From: Williopsis jadinii | Lineage: Eukaryota | Length of the DNA: 64,000 bases | Direction of reading: 5' to 3' | Assembly: GCA_024346625.1 (NCBI GenBank) | Contig: AP024668.1 | Coordinates: 62,001-126,000, forward strand | Shown here: one piece after another, positions 51,566 to 61,650 of the stretch | How positions within the stretch are numbered: the stretch's first letter is position 1 | Layout: each line of letters begins with the position of its first letter | Notes under the pieces: generated by a model | What the model saw: only the letters and a program-made list of their open reading frames with translations | Told to the model about the DNA's origin: nothing | The model's database searches: none | Translations under genes and position numbers: made by a program

Positions 51566-52930
51566 TGTGTCTTGTTGTTGTTTCTGTAGCAGTCAAGCAC
51601 GAACGTTTGTCTTTTGTATCCGAGATGTAGTGAGATGTGAAGCGCAATACACCTGTCTTTCACACAGACGTAGCACAACTAGTGGCTGTTTGTTTGTGAA
51701 ATGTGTTCACGAGCAAATGTTGGAACCCTTTCAAACAGTCCTTTGCTGCCGGCGATGGTTTTCCAACAGGACTAAAATTAGTATGCGAAACCAAACACCA
51801 CGGAGAAGGCAGGCACAGACGAAAACACCAGCAGTTTCGCAGTGAAGATAACGAAAACGAAAAGCAGAGCAAAGAAACAGAAAAAACCGGCCGACACGCA
51901 CAAGAAAAGAAGCAAGTGGACACAATTCAATCAGTGGAGGAACAAATAACTCAAAACTCGTCCTTGCCTAAAGGGGAAATGACGGCAAACTGACTATAGG
52001 AATTGCGATTTTAGGGTCACCGATACAGTCAGAAAAAAAAAGCAGCTGAGAAAGTCAAGAACGAAAAGTTGGAAAAAGAAGGGAAAAACCGAGGGGGCAT
52101 ACTTGGTAGGAGACACACCTGCTGTTTTTTTTGAGGTGTACGGATGTATTCCATTTTGCGTATAAGTTGCGTAGGGCAGCTGTTGCTCGATACGGATTGA
52201 GGTATTCTCTCACTGTGTGTAGGTGTGTATATGTCTGGTTGTCTTCCCATTACCGGTGGTACCAACAGGTGCCTAAAGGCTCTGAAGTGAGCGCCCCCAA
52301 CTGCTCCAAACAGCAGCTGTGGAAATACGAAAAGTGGACTCTTCTCAAGTGTGCACATTGTGTCAGTTTACATCTGGACACCACACAGTGGGCCTAACTG
52401 CTTCGGAGGACCTACTGGGTGACGGTTTGAACACGGCATTCAGAATCGAATAGCACTTGGTTCTCCTTCTATGTACGCTCACAGGCATGCCTACACAACT
52501 TTATACAACCATTGCGCAAGCAGCTCCCACCAGCTCAATCACCCGGCACCCTGGTTCGTCCTGTTCAGCCCTCTGTGACGTCATATGGTTTAGCACCGAT
52601 GAGCTCTGGGGCATCGCGAGGTTGGTTTCCAATCCATCGCATTGTACTGTGGTTGTTATCCATTATCATCCGCCATCAACATGACCATGACCTCCAGGGC
52701 GTGGATACCACTGTTTGATATCAGACAGACAAATACCGTAATCAGTATAGAGAGATGTGTATCAACGTCTTACTAAGTACCCATATACCTGCTTTGTGTC
52801 CCGTACCGCCGCTAGCGTGCTCAGCGTTGAGTGCTACGAGGAGATCAACAGAGGACACAACTCTTCAACGCTGACTGGAAGGTGAACCACCAGGCGTTGG
52901 CTCTCTCTTGACATTGACGGGATATACACG

Positions 52931-55087
52931 ATGGTCTCTTTAGCCAAAGCTGTACGTCTCTTTGAACAAATTCACTTTGAGTGGGCTCAAGGCGCCAAAC
53001 AAAGCGCAAAGACAGACATAGTCCAATGTCTCACGATGTTGAACCAGGTCCTCAAGGAGTATGGCGAACAAGGGAAGGAGTTGGGACAAGTACAACGCAT
53101 ATGCCGTGATGCTATGGAATTGTACTCGCTGATTAAACAGGACAAGCCCTTTTCTCTTGATACCTCCGTCCAGTGGCTATCATCAAGAATCAACTCGAGC
53201 TATATATGGCCACCTGTGTTGTATGACAACATTGTTGTTGACGTTGACGAACCGTTACCAGACGAATCCACTCTTCCTGAGACGGTCAATGCCTCATTCC
53301 ACAAGATTATGGAACAGGACTGGTCAACATTTGGCGTGTCTCAAATATATCAAGACCTACTGGAGGACTGCTCCTTCGTCACTGCTCTTATATCACTGTT
53401 AAGGAATAACTCCCAGCAGTTGATGTCAGCGATAACACCACACGCGTCATCTGAGAGGTTCGGTGTCACGCTTTACTTCAACGGATGCAGGAGACTTGTT
53501 GAGATTGGGAATACCTTACCATTTGTCGAAAACGATACACATTCGATGTTTGTGCGGTCAAGTACGAACAATAAGTTATATTGGCCAGCTTTATTGGAGA
53601 AAGCATATCTAAAAGTCCATGGCTATGGATATGACTTCAAAGGTTCAAACTCGAGCATTGATACATACATGCTGTCAGGCTGGATCCCGCAGTTCATCGT
53701 ATCCTATCAAGTGACTGATTTAGAACCAATTTGGGACCAACTCTACGAACCGTTCATCAACAACAGAGTTGTGTTGGCTCTGGGTACTGCAAGCGACTCC
53801 TACAGCGGAGAGTATAAGTCGAACCATGACTATTCTATTGCGGAAATGGACGGCGAGTCCAGAAATATCGTTATAAAGAACCCCTGGAGACGAAGTGAAA
53901 CTGTCATAAGATTCAAAGAGATCTTTGATCATTTCGAAACGTTATACTTGAACTGGAACCCGCAGGGACTGATTCATAAGAGCATTAATCTAATATCTTC
54001 ATATGATGGCAACATTTGGTTTAAGTTCCCACAGTTCAAAGTATCAAACAGCTCAATCTCCAGAACATGTAATGTTAAACTGCTATTGGAAAGGCATTTG
54101 AAAACAAGTAATAATGATGCCTCTATAAATGTTGGCATATTCAAGACAGGTGGAGAAAGACTTTTCCGTAAGGGAATACCAAAAGTTCAGACGTTTGCAA
54201 ACAATACAAACTTCCACACCTCCGAGTTCACTCTGGAACCTCTGGAGAGTGTTACAGTCGTGGTATTCCATGAAGCTACAACTTCCCCAGACACATTCAC
54301 TCTGCATTCCTACTCCACTGAACCAGTTGCGTTGACAAAGGCTGCTTCCAAGTTCCCATATACGAAAACACTTGAAGGACATTGGGATTTAGAAACCTGT
54401 GGTGGTAACTGGTCATTTCAAACGTACGTCAGAAATCCACAGTACGAAGTAGTTGTTCCAGAATGCGAGGAAGATGTCCAGGTGACAATGTCGCTTCACT
54501 GCGAACTGGACTCTGTTCTTGTCAATATGCAATTGTTCTTTGACGACACGAGCTCTCCTTTCAAATCCCAGTCACTTATAATGGAGAAATATTCACCAGG
54601 CTCAATGACATGCAATTTAACGTTAACGTCGCAACAGAGGTATAAATTGGTGGTCTCTACATATGAGCAGGATATAATGACAAACTTCAAGCTCATCGTC
54701 AACTCCTCGAGCAGCTTACAGATCCAGCCTATCTCTACAAGGCTGGGACTCTATGTCAAGCCGTTCAAATTCCAATGGAAAGGGAAGAACAGGTTCAAAC
54801 TACTGATGAAGGTCTCCAGAGAGACCGTCATTAACGTGCACCTATGGACACCACAGTCGTCTATGTCAAACTACAGACCGAAGATACGGGCTAGTCTATT
54901 CTACAAACAGGATTCATCGCCCATTCAAATTAACAACGACTTTGACGACCACCTCTTTGGCATCTGGTTGAGAAACCTCAAAATTGATAGCAGATCGCCT
55001 GTTATTCTGCTGATTGAGAGGTTTGAAGCTGGTTACGATGAGCTTCAAGGGCAAATTGGAAGTAACCACAAGTTGGAATTGGTATGA
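52931..55087 (+). CDS. RIM13: Calpain-like protease Rim13/PalB
   Basis: QDLLEDCSFV (Cys), LYWPALLEKAYLKVHG.GYDFKGSN, NHDY (His), KNPW (Asn), domain III GGNW...NPQY. Confidence 0.92.
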   Translation: MVSLAKAVRLFEQIHFEWAQGAKQSAKTDIVQCLTMLNQVLKEYGEQGKELGQVQRICRDAMELYSLIKQDKPFSLDTSVQWLSSRINSSYIWPPVLYDNIVVDVDEPLPDESTLPETVNASFHKIMEQDWSTFGVSQIYQDLLEDCSFVTALISLLRNNSQQLMSAITPHASSERFGVTLYFNGCRRLVEIGNTLPFVENDTHSMFVRSSTNNKLYWPALLEKAYLKVHGYGYDFKGSNSSIDTYMLSGWIPQFIVSYQVTDLEPIWDQLYEPFINNRVVLALGTASDSYSGEYKSNHDYSIAEMDGESRNIVIKNPWRRSETVIRFKEIFDHFETLYLNWNPQGLIHKSINLISSYDGNIWFKFPQFKVSNSSISRTCNVKLLLERHLKTSNNDASINVGIFKTGGERLFRKGIPKVQTFANNTNFHTSEFTLEPLESVTVVVFHEATTSPDTFTLHSYSTEPVALTKAASKFPYTKTLEGHWDLETCGGNWSFQTYVRNPQYEVVVPECEEDVQVTMSLHCELDSVLVNMQLFFDDTSSPFKSQSLIMEKYSPGSMTCNLTLTSQQRYKLVVSTYEQDIMTNFKLIVNSSSSLQIQPISTRLGLYVKPFKFQWKGKNRFKLLMKVSRETVINVHLWTPQSSMSNYRPKIRASLFYKQDSSPIQINNDFDDHLFGIWLRNLKIDSRSPVILLIERFEAGYDELQGQIGSNHKLELV

Positions 55088-55233
55088 AACCACTCGTTAA
55101 ATTCCAAGTCAATCACCGTAGTTATAGCAAAGTAGTAGCAGGGAAGATGGTGAAAAAAAAACTGTTAGAGAGCATCGCGATGCTCGTCTCTCTCTTAAAG
55201 ACATAACGAAGCTCTACAAAAGGTACTAATTGA

Positions 55234-56271
55234 ATGGCAAAACTCATCAGAAAACAGAGCCTATGGTCACGAATCAAGAGCTATCCATTCGACTTGCTGC
55301 TCGAATTGAACGAGCAGAGAGCATTGATCGATTGGGACTCGTACTCTGAGACTGTTGCTCTTCCCCTTGGGGCCATACTGACTGTTGTATACTTCTTCGT
55401 AAGGCTCTGGCAAGACCACAACACCGTCAAGGAGACGAAGTCCAAGTACTTTGACTATGGAGGCACTCCCTTAAGAGATTCCAGGTACTTTGGCGTTGAA
55501 AAATCTCCTATTGAAAGGCTCGTATCCTTTGTCCAAGTGGTGGTGATATTGGTCAACGTCATCAACACTTTACTCTTCATGCTAAAGACAAAGAAGTACG
55601 CTGTTTATAACAAAGACTCCATCCATCACTCAGCATCTACACGGAAGGTTACGAGGTCTTCCTCGAGATCAATATTCGCAAAGCTTTTTTCCTCATCTGC
55701 CCCAGATGATGACGTTGATAGCTACTGGGAGATCAACATGTGGAACCCTTCGAAGTTTTCAACGTACTTGTTTGTATCGTTCCCTCCTTTCAACGTTGTG
55801 TTCCTCTACATGTCCCAATCCTCTTTCACCAACTTGTTCTTCCTCTTGCAAACCTCTGTTGTGCTATATCTGGTGATTATCAGAGGCTATCTGGTGCTGA
55901 TGGAGGATAAGCAAGTCCTGTTCCAAGAGACATTTGATGAATACGAACGCAAATTCGTGAGACCAAAGCTGTCAGTGGCCAGAAGAGAGGTGGCAGTCGA
56001 TGCTACAAGAGGTCCTTACGACGATGAGATTGGATCAGTCCAATACTATACACCTGGAAGAACGGAAAAGGTGTTCAAGACACATGATCTCAAGGGTAAC
56101 GAGAGCGTTGAGCTATTCAGCGATGGTGAGTTTACACCCGTGAAGAGATCAGCTACAAAGCCTACAGATTTGCGAAGATCATTGTATACACCTAGTGCCA
56201 GAACTAGAAATTCGTATGCATTACATCATCAACAATCACCATTATCGAGGAAGTATAGTACTAGGCAATGA
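55234..56271 (+). CDS. NUR1: Nuclear rim protein Nur1 (DUF2418 family)
   Basis: LIRK..LWSRIKSYPFDLLL..NE...IDWD, WNPSKFS.YLFVSFPP, E.FDEYE.KFVRP; convergent with NUP53/ASM4 as in S. cerevisiae. Confidence 0.88.
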   Translation: MAKLIRKQSLWSRIKSYPFDLLLELNEQRALIDWDSYSETVALPLGAILTVVYFFVRLWQDHNTVKETKSKYFDYGGTPLRDSRYFGVEKSPIERLVSFVQVVVILVNVINTLLFMLKTKKYAVYNKDSIHHSASTRKVTRSSSRSIFAKLFSSSAPDDDVDSYWEINMWNPSKFSTYLFVSFPPFNVVFLYMSQSSFTNLFFLLQTSVVLYLVIIRGYLVLMEDKQVLFQETFDEYERKFVRPKLSVARREVAVDATRGPYDDEIGSVQYYTPGRTEKVFKTHDLKGNESVELFSDGEFTPVKRSATKPTDLRRSLYTPSARTRNSYALHHQQSPLSRKYSTRQ

Positions 56272-56273
56272 AA

Positions 56274-57692
56274 TCATAAATCTTCCCACCCAAATAGCCA
56301 ATTGTTAACTTTATTAACCAATGAGTTTCCCTGTTGTGACTGTTGTTGTAGTTGGTGCTGTTTCAAATCCTTGGACTTGTAGAGGCCCAGTTTGGCGCTC
56401 TTAGGCTTGACAAAGATCTTATCATCTGTCTTTAGATTGATCTTGTGAGAATTAGAGGCAAACTTCAGCATTGGCTCTTCGTCGTGATGAGCACCTGTCT
56501 GCAACGATATGTCAGTCTCCCCCACGTTTGAGCTGTTGCTAATCGATACCGATGCAATGTTCTCAACAGCGTCTTTGGAGTATGGGACGCACCCAATCAT
56601 AGAGCCATGGAACACAGATCCGTTCTCTTCGAGTGCACGGATGGCAGATGCCTTGTTGTCATAGGTCAACTTAACCCATCCACTGCCGGTGAATATTGGA
56701 TAACTCTTTCTTGGAGTGTCGCTTAGCTTCTTGTGGAAAATGACGCTTGTTCTAGTGGCTTCAAAATCCTCCAGGACATTACCAAACTTGGCAAAATGTG
56801 CAATTACTTCATTCGCAATGGATTCAGAATATCCAAACACCAATACTGCGGATTCACCATTTGTTTGGCCTGTGTGTGATCTTGTGGAGTCGCCATTTAA
56901 CGTCTGCTGTTGTGGTCTGATCCCATTAGACCCAATTGGGGACTTCTTATCTCCAGTTTCAAACAAATGATCTGGAAGAACGTTCTTTGAACGTTGAAAA
57001 GCTGGGGAGTTGGAACTAATACCAAAGATACCTGAATCGTCACTACCTTTCACACTCAACAGAGAGGTATTACCCACCTGTAGTTGTTGCCCCTGCTGTT
57101 GCTGCTGCAGGTTCTGCTGCTGTAGCTGTTGCCCCTGCTGTTGCTGTTGCTGTGGAGCCAGATAAGAATCAGTATAATCCTCACGTTGCAGATCCATAAT
57201 GGTCTTTGAAGGTGGTAAATCATCAGAGAAAGCATTCACATGGGATGAGTTTTCAGTGTTATTTCTTCTCGTTCCAAACGTCAGGCTGTTCTTGAACCCT
57301 GTAGCACCATCGTTGGCTTCAGTGGACTTAGTCTTTGTCAAAAAAATGGAGTCGCTCTCCAAATCGTTATTTGTTTCTCTCTTCAGTGCTCTCCCAGGAG
57401 TGCTTCTTCTCTTGGGGTTATTACACCAGCCAGGCTGGGTCCTCTGCGGCCCTCCAACAGACGACCCATTCGTCTTCTCGTTTATAGCAGCCAACGACAG
57501 GTTTATGGAGTCAAACCCAAGGTCAATTGATTGCTTGTGCGTGGGAGTTCTTCTATTTGGAGAGTTGTTGTTCAGATCATCAGAAGATCTATCACCGAGC
57601 CCCAACGCCCTGATCTTCAGGTTAAACCCACCGCGAGCGGAGTCATCTGAAGCCTTCGTGTCAAAGTCCCGCTTATTGAGTGTGGTGAACAT
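56274..57692 (-). CDS. NUP53: Nucleoporin Nup53/Asm4 (Nup35 RRM)
   Basis: PGWCNNPKRR, DDLPPSKTIMDL, AVLVFGY.E..ANEVI.HFAKFG..LEDF, GWVKLTYD, amphipathic tail NNWLFGWEDL. Confidence 0.92.
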   Translation of the reverse strand: MFTTLNKRDFDTKASDDSARGGFNLKIRALGLGDRSSDDLNNNSPNRRTPTHKQSIDLGFDSINLSLAAINEKTNGSSVGGPQRTQPGWCNNPKRRSTPGRALKRETNNDLESDSIFLTKTKSTEANDGATGFKNSLTFGTRRNNTENSSHVNAFSDDLPPSKTIMDLQREDYTDSYLAPQQQQQQGQQLQQQNLQQQQQGQQLQVGNTSLLSVKGSDDSGIFGISSNSPAFQRSKNVLPDHLFETGDKKSPIGSNGIRPQQQTLNGDSTRSHTGQTNGESAVLVFGYSESIANEVIAHFAKFGNVLEDFEATRTSVIFHKKLSDTPRKSYPIFTGSGWVKLTYDNKASAIRALEENGSVFHGSMIGCVPYSKDAVENIASVSISNSSNVGETDISLQTGAHHDEEPMLKFASNSHKINLKTDDKIFVKPKSAKLGLYKSKDLKQHQLQQQSQQGNSLVNKVNNWLFGWEDL

Positions 57693-57887
57693 CGTTAGAG
57701 GCCAAATAACCCGATCAGTCCGTCTTCTTCCAGCAAATTCTGATGTTGATTGAAGTACCAAAGAGTGTAAACAAATGGAAGAAACCGGCTGGAAAAAGTT
57801 TGAAGATCAAAACAAGTGAGATCCGGTGTCTGCGCACACGTGATTGGTCACATGATCAGGCCGGATCTTGTTTTTCCCACCTCCCCC

Positions 57888-57897
57888 AGTGGCAAAA
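57888..57897 (+). promoter_or_regulatory. Rpn4-binding PACE-like element (AGTGGCAAAA) upstream of RPN6
   Basis: One mismatch from GGTGGCAAA, about 95 bp upstream of a proteasome gene ATG; CACGTG E-box at 57837-57842. Confidence 0.7.
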
Positions 57898-57989
57898 CAT
57901 CAACAAACAACAAACAACAACATCGTCATAAGCATTCAGCACCAAACAACCCATACCTGACGTCTACACGGCTCATATCTCGCACACCA

Positions 57990-59246
57990 ATGACCACACC
58001 AACGTTGAACGATGCCAGAGAGGCCGCATCTCAGGGTAACCTGGCGAAGGCTGAGGAACTATACCATGAAATCATCAACTCCAAACCGTCAACACACGAT
58101 TTCTCCAACCAGGAGACGGCGATCTATGAGCTCGGTGCTCTGTTACAGAAGGAGAACGACACTGTCAAGTTGGGTGCGCTCGTGCCAGAGGCTAGAAACG
58201 TTATTGCGACATTGGCGAAGTCCAAGGCAGCAAAGGTGATCCGTTACTTGATTGACCTCTATGACAAGATTCCTAATTCCACAGATGCACAGATTGACTC
58301 CTTGAAGGAGTCAATTGAATGGTCTACAAAGGAGAAGAGAACGTTCTTGAAGCAATCTTTGCATATTAGATTGGCAACGGTGTACTTTGAGAAGAAGCAG
58401 GCGTATCAGAGCGCGTTGGCGATCATAAATAACTTGCTCAGAGAGTTCAAGAAGCTTGACGACAAGTCGTCGCTGGTTGAGGTACAATTGCTCGAGGCCA
58501 AGGTGTACCATTCTTTGAGAAATATGGCAAAGGCCAAGGCTGCATTGACATCGGCAAGAACATCGGCCAATGCAATCTACTGTCCAACGGCTACTCAAGC
58601 CGAGTTGGATAGTATGAGTGGTATCCTTCACGCTGAAGATAAGGACTATAAAACTGCATTCTCGTACTTTTACGAAACTTTTGAGGCCTACAACACCCAG
58701 GGAGATGAAAAGAATGCAGTTAGGGCTCTAAAATACATGCTCCTGAGTAAAATCATGTTGAACTTGATTGATGATGTTAAAAAGATTCTGTCCTCGAAGT
58801 ACGCTTCAAAGTACAACTCCAAGGAAATCGATGCGATGAAGGCAATCTCCCAGGCATACGCTAATAGATCCCTGAAGGAATTTGAAGAGGCTCTAAACCT
58901 GTATGGAAAGGAACTCTCGTCTGATCCAATCATCAAATCCCATTTCAACGCACTTTATGATACACTATTGGAGCAGAACTTGGTCAAAGTCATTGAACCC
59001 TTCTCCGTGGTTGAGATTCAGCACATTGCAATGATTGTTGGACTTGATGTGAAACAAGTCGAGGGAAAATTGAGTCAAATGATCTTGGATAAAGTGTTCT
59101 TTGGTGTATTAGACCAGGGCAATGGCTGGTTGCACATCTACGATGAACCTCAAAGAGATCCAACTTATGATTCATCATTGGAATTGGTTAAGCATATGTC
59201 CGACGTTGTTGAATTACTCTACGAGAAGGCTGCTACTTTGAACTAG
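57990..59246 (+). CDS. RPN6: 26S proteasome lid subunit Rpn6
   Basis: AKSKAAKVIR.L, KKLDDKSSLVEVQLLE, SARTSANAIYCP, DYKTAFSYFYE, PCI domain. Confidence 0.97.
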   Translation: MTTPTLNDAREAASQGNLAKAEELYHEIINSKPSTHDFSNQETAIYELGALLQKENDTVKLGALVPEARNVIATLAKSKAAKVIRYLIDLYDKIPNSTDAQIDSLKESIEWSTKEKRTFLKQSLHIRLATVYFEKKQAYQSALAIINNLLREFKKLDDKSSLVEVQLLEAKVYHSLRNMAKAKAALTSARTSANAIYCPTATQAELDSMSGILHAEDKDYKTAFSYFYETFEAYNTQGDEKNAVRALKYMLLSKIMLNLIDDVKKILSSKYASKYNSKEIDAMKAISQAYANRSLKEFEEALNLYGKELSSDPIIKSHFNALYDTLLEQNLVKVIEPFSVVEIQHIAMIVGLDVKQVEGKLSQMILDKVFFGVLDQGNGWLHIYDEPQRDPTYDSSLELVKHMSDVVELLYEKAATLN

Positions 59247-59273
59247 ACTTTTCAATGGCGTTGATTAATGGAA

Positions 59274-61424
59274 TTATAAACCTTCACCTGCTGCGATTGC
59301 TGCACAATTAGCAACCAACGCCAGGTATTCTCTCAAACGATCACAATTCTGGAAAAGCGTGTAGAACTTTGTAGATTCACTTGCAACAACATTTGTAAGT
59401 TCCAATGCATCATTGAGATATGAAGTGCTTTGATATCTGCTCTCAACGTAGACGTTGTGCAGTTGAATTATCAAAAAAGGAATGTATAGAGAACGAAGTT
59501 CTTCAACCAGGGCAAGTTCATATGAACTCTTCGATAACTCTAAGAATAAAGTGGAGATTGTGTCTTTCAGAGAAGTAGTGACTCTGTTGATGAGCTCAAT
59601 AAAGACAAATGATGAAACTGTTTGAGGTTGTGATGACTTCTGCCATTCATCAAGGGCATTGAACGATCTCACCAATGAACCATACTGTAAGAGTTCCTCC
59701 TTTTCAAGCGTGGAGATCTTCTTCTCAACCAGTGAACCAAGGCTTTCAACATCGTACTGTTTCAAAAGCTGTTTGATGGAGTTTCTTGATGCAAATTCCT
59801 GTGCCGCTTTGGTACGTCCATTCAACAAGAATCTTCTGTAAAGGGTCAGTGATGAGGAAATGGCATCTGAAAACATACGTGCCTCAACAAACCATTCAAC
59901 ACCTCTCATTAATTTGGTATCGACGTCATCAATGGGTTGTAGGGAAACACCTCCACCAACTTGGTAATGATCTTCAGTAATTGAGAATACCCTTGCAACC
60001 GTTCTCTTCAAGATGTTCTCCAATGGTAATCTGTACAATCTACTGAGTTCTAATTGGTTGTTTCTCTCTTGTGTGTCGAACAGATCAATCAGGAACAAGG
60101 AGTAGGCGTCTCTTGCCTCAACCTCTGGTAAGAAGGATACATACAGAGGAATCCAACTGTATTGCTCGTAGAGTCGCAAGATCAAGATGTAAGTTGTTAT
60201 AAGCTTTGAATGGTCGTCCACTGCAATGGCGTTAGGATCAATTATCGAGAGGAAAATTGCCAAATGTGCGATGACTCTTAGTGTATATGACTCGTTCAGG
60301 AGCTCATCAGTATCCTCTTTTCCTAACATCGAGCTTCCAACAAAGCTCAGAGAGGAATGTACAATGGCTGGTATGTTCTTTGTGATAATTGAAGCCATGA
60401 GCACACGAAGTGGATGTTCACTTTCGATTTTTCTCTTGCTTGCCACGATATTCAGCACATCCTGTACAGTCATTCTGCTCTTTGGAAACGATACCAGTAA
60501 GTCCTCCTCTGGAATTCTTCCCTCGTTTACCAATGCGAGCTCCACCTCGTTTGTTAAGATATGGTTGAAATATATCAAGAGGTCAGAATCCCAACTAGTG
60601 GACGACTCTAACGGGGACAAATCACCAGCGAGGAATCCATAAATCGCTCTTTCATATGTGCTTATCTTGTCAGACTTTGAAAGCCTATACACTGTGCTTC
60701 TCCAAAGTGCCCTTTTCTTGATTCCATGTGTCGCTTCTTCAGTGTCATCAGAGATGTCCTTGTCGATGATTGGATCCAAATAGCTGTTCACACCGGTCAA
60801 GATCATCTTCATGGTCCAGTTATTTGTAGCCTCGCATTCCAAAGACGCTTCCTTATAGTGTCCGCTTAGAATGAGTTGGAAAATGTACTTGTAAAAGATG
60901 TTATCCTGTTCAACATCTCTAGGATCCAGTTTCAGATCAGAGCGAATAGGAGCATCACTATCGTAGCTCTCAAGGGTATTAGACATCTGGGAGTTGAACC
61001 ACTTGGTCCCAGTGAGCTGCGGTCTCTCAACTTCTGGGGAGTTGCGTTGGACCCACTGGATTATTAGCCAAAGCTCGTACAACTCAGGCTTACTTCTGAA
61101 GTACTTCTCCTGGTACACAACGTCCGAGTTATACTTATGTGTTTCAATCTCAACGGGCTTCTCCGAGTACCGGTACTTCAGCAGATTCTCAATGAGGTCC
61201 CACAGTCTCACCTCCAGGTCCCAGTCCTCCCACTCAGATTCGTCACGGCCATCCTCAATGGAAGATGAGGCCTTCTGGGCAGCAACGTACCTGAACTGTC
61301 TCACAATGTCAAAATCGTCAAACTCATCCTTCTTGTCCGACAGCTTGTACAGCTTGAGCACATTGGCAAACTCAGAGAGAACGTCATGATCGTTACGAAC
61401 ATCTTCCATCGCATCCAACTCCAT
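59274..61424 (-). CDS. NUP84: Nucleoporin Nup84 (Nup107 family)
   Basis: WDLEVRLWDLIE.L, D.DAPIR, GIKKRALWR, YERAIYGFLAG, HPLRVL, IPLYVSFL. Confidence 0.9.
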   Translation of the reverse strand: MELDAMEDVRNDHDVLSEFANVLKLYKLSDKKDEFDDFDIVRQFRYVAAQKASSSIEDGRDESEWEDWDLEVRLWDLIENLLKYRYSEKPVEIETHKYNSDVVYQEKYFRSKPELYELWLIIQWVQRNSPEVERPQLTGTKWFNSQMSNTLESYDSDAPIRSDLKLDPRDVEQDNIFYKYIFQLILSGHYKEASLECEATNNWTMKMILTGVNSYLDPIIDKDISDDTEEATHGIKKRALWRSTVYRLSKSDKISTYERAIYGFLAGDLSPLESSTSWDSDLLIYFNHILTNEVELALVNEGRIPEEDLLVSFPKSRMTVQDVLNIVASKRKIESEHPLRVLMASIITKNIPAIVHSSLSFVGSSMLGKEDTDELLNESYTLRVIAHLAIFLSIIDPNAIAVDDHSKLITTYILILRLYEQYSWIPLYVSFLPEVEARDAYSLFLIDLFDTQERNNQLELSRLYRLPLENILKRTVARVFSITEDHYQVGGGVSLQPIDDVDTKLMRGVEWFVEARMFSDAISSSLTLYRRFLLNGRTKAAQEFASRNSIKQLLKQYDVESLGSLVEKKISTLEKEELLQYGSLVRSFNALDEWQKSSQPQTVSSFVFIELINRVTTSLKDTISTLFLELSKSSYELALVEELRSLYIPFLIIQLHNVYVESRYQSTSYLNDALELTNVVASESTKFYTLFQNCDRLREYLALVANCAAIAAGEGL

Positions 61425-61650
61425 CTTTGTGAACGAAGCGCTTTGTTTCCTTCGGTTTGAGAAGTATTAAATGTTTGATTGGAAATGTAAACAAAGGCAA
61501 AAAACCTCGAGGATGGGCAAAGTAGAAAAAAAAAAAAAAAACGCTAGGCGTGAATGATTACATAATCAAGTGTCCCAATTAGGAAGTCTACAAAGTGCCA
61601 TAGAATAACAATGAATATCTCTATTTGCGTGTTTATATGTACAGTTTACA

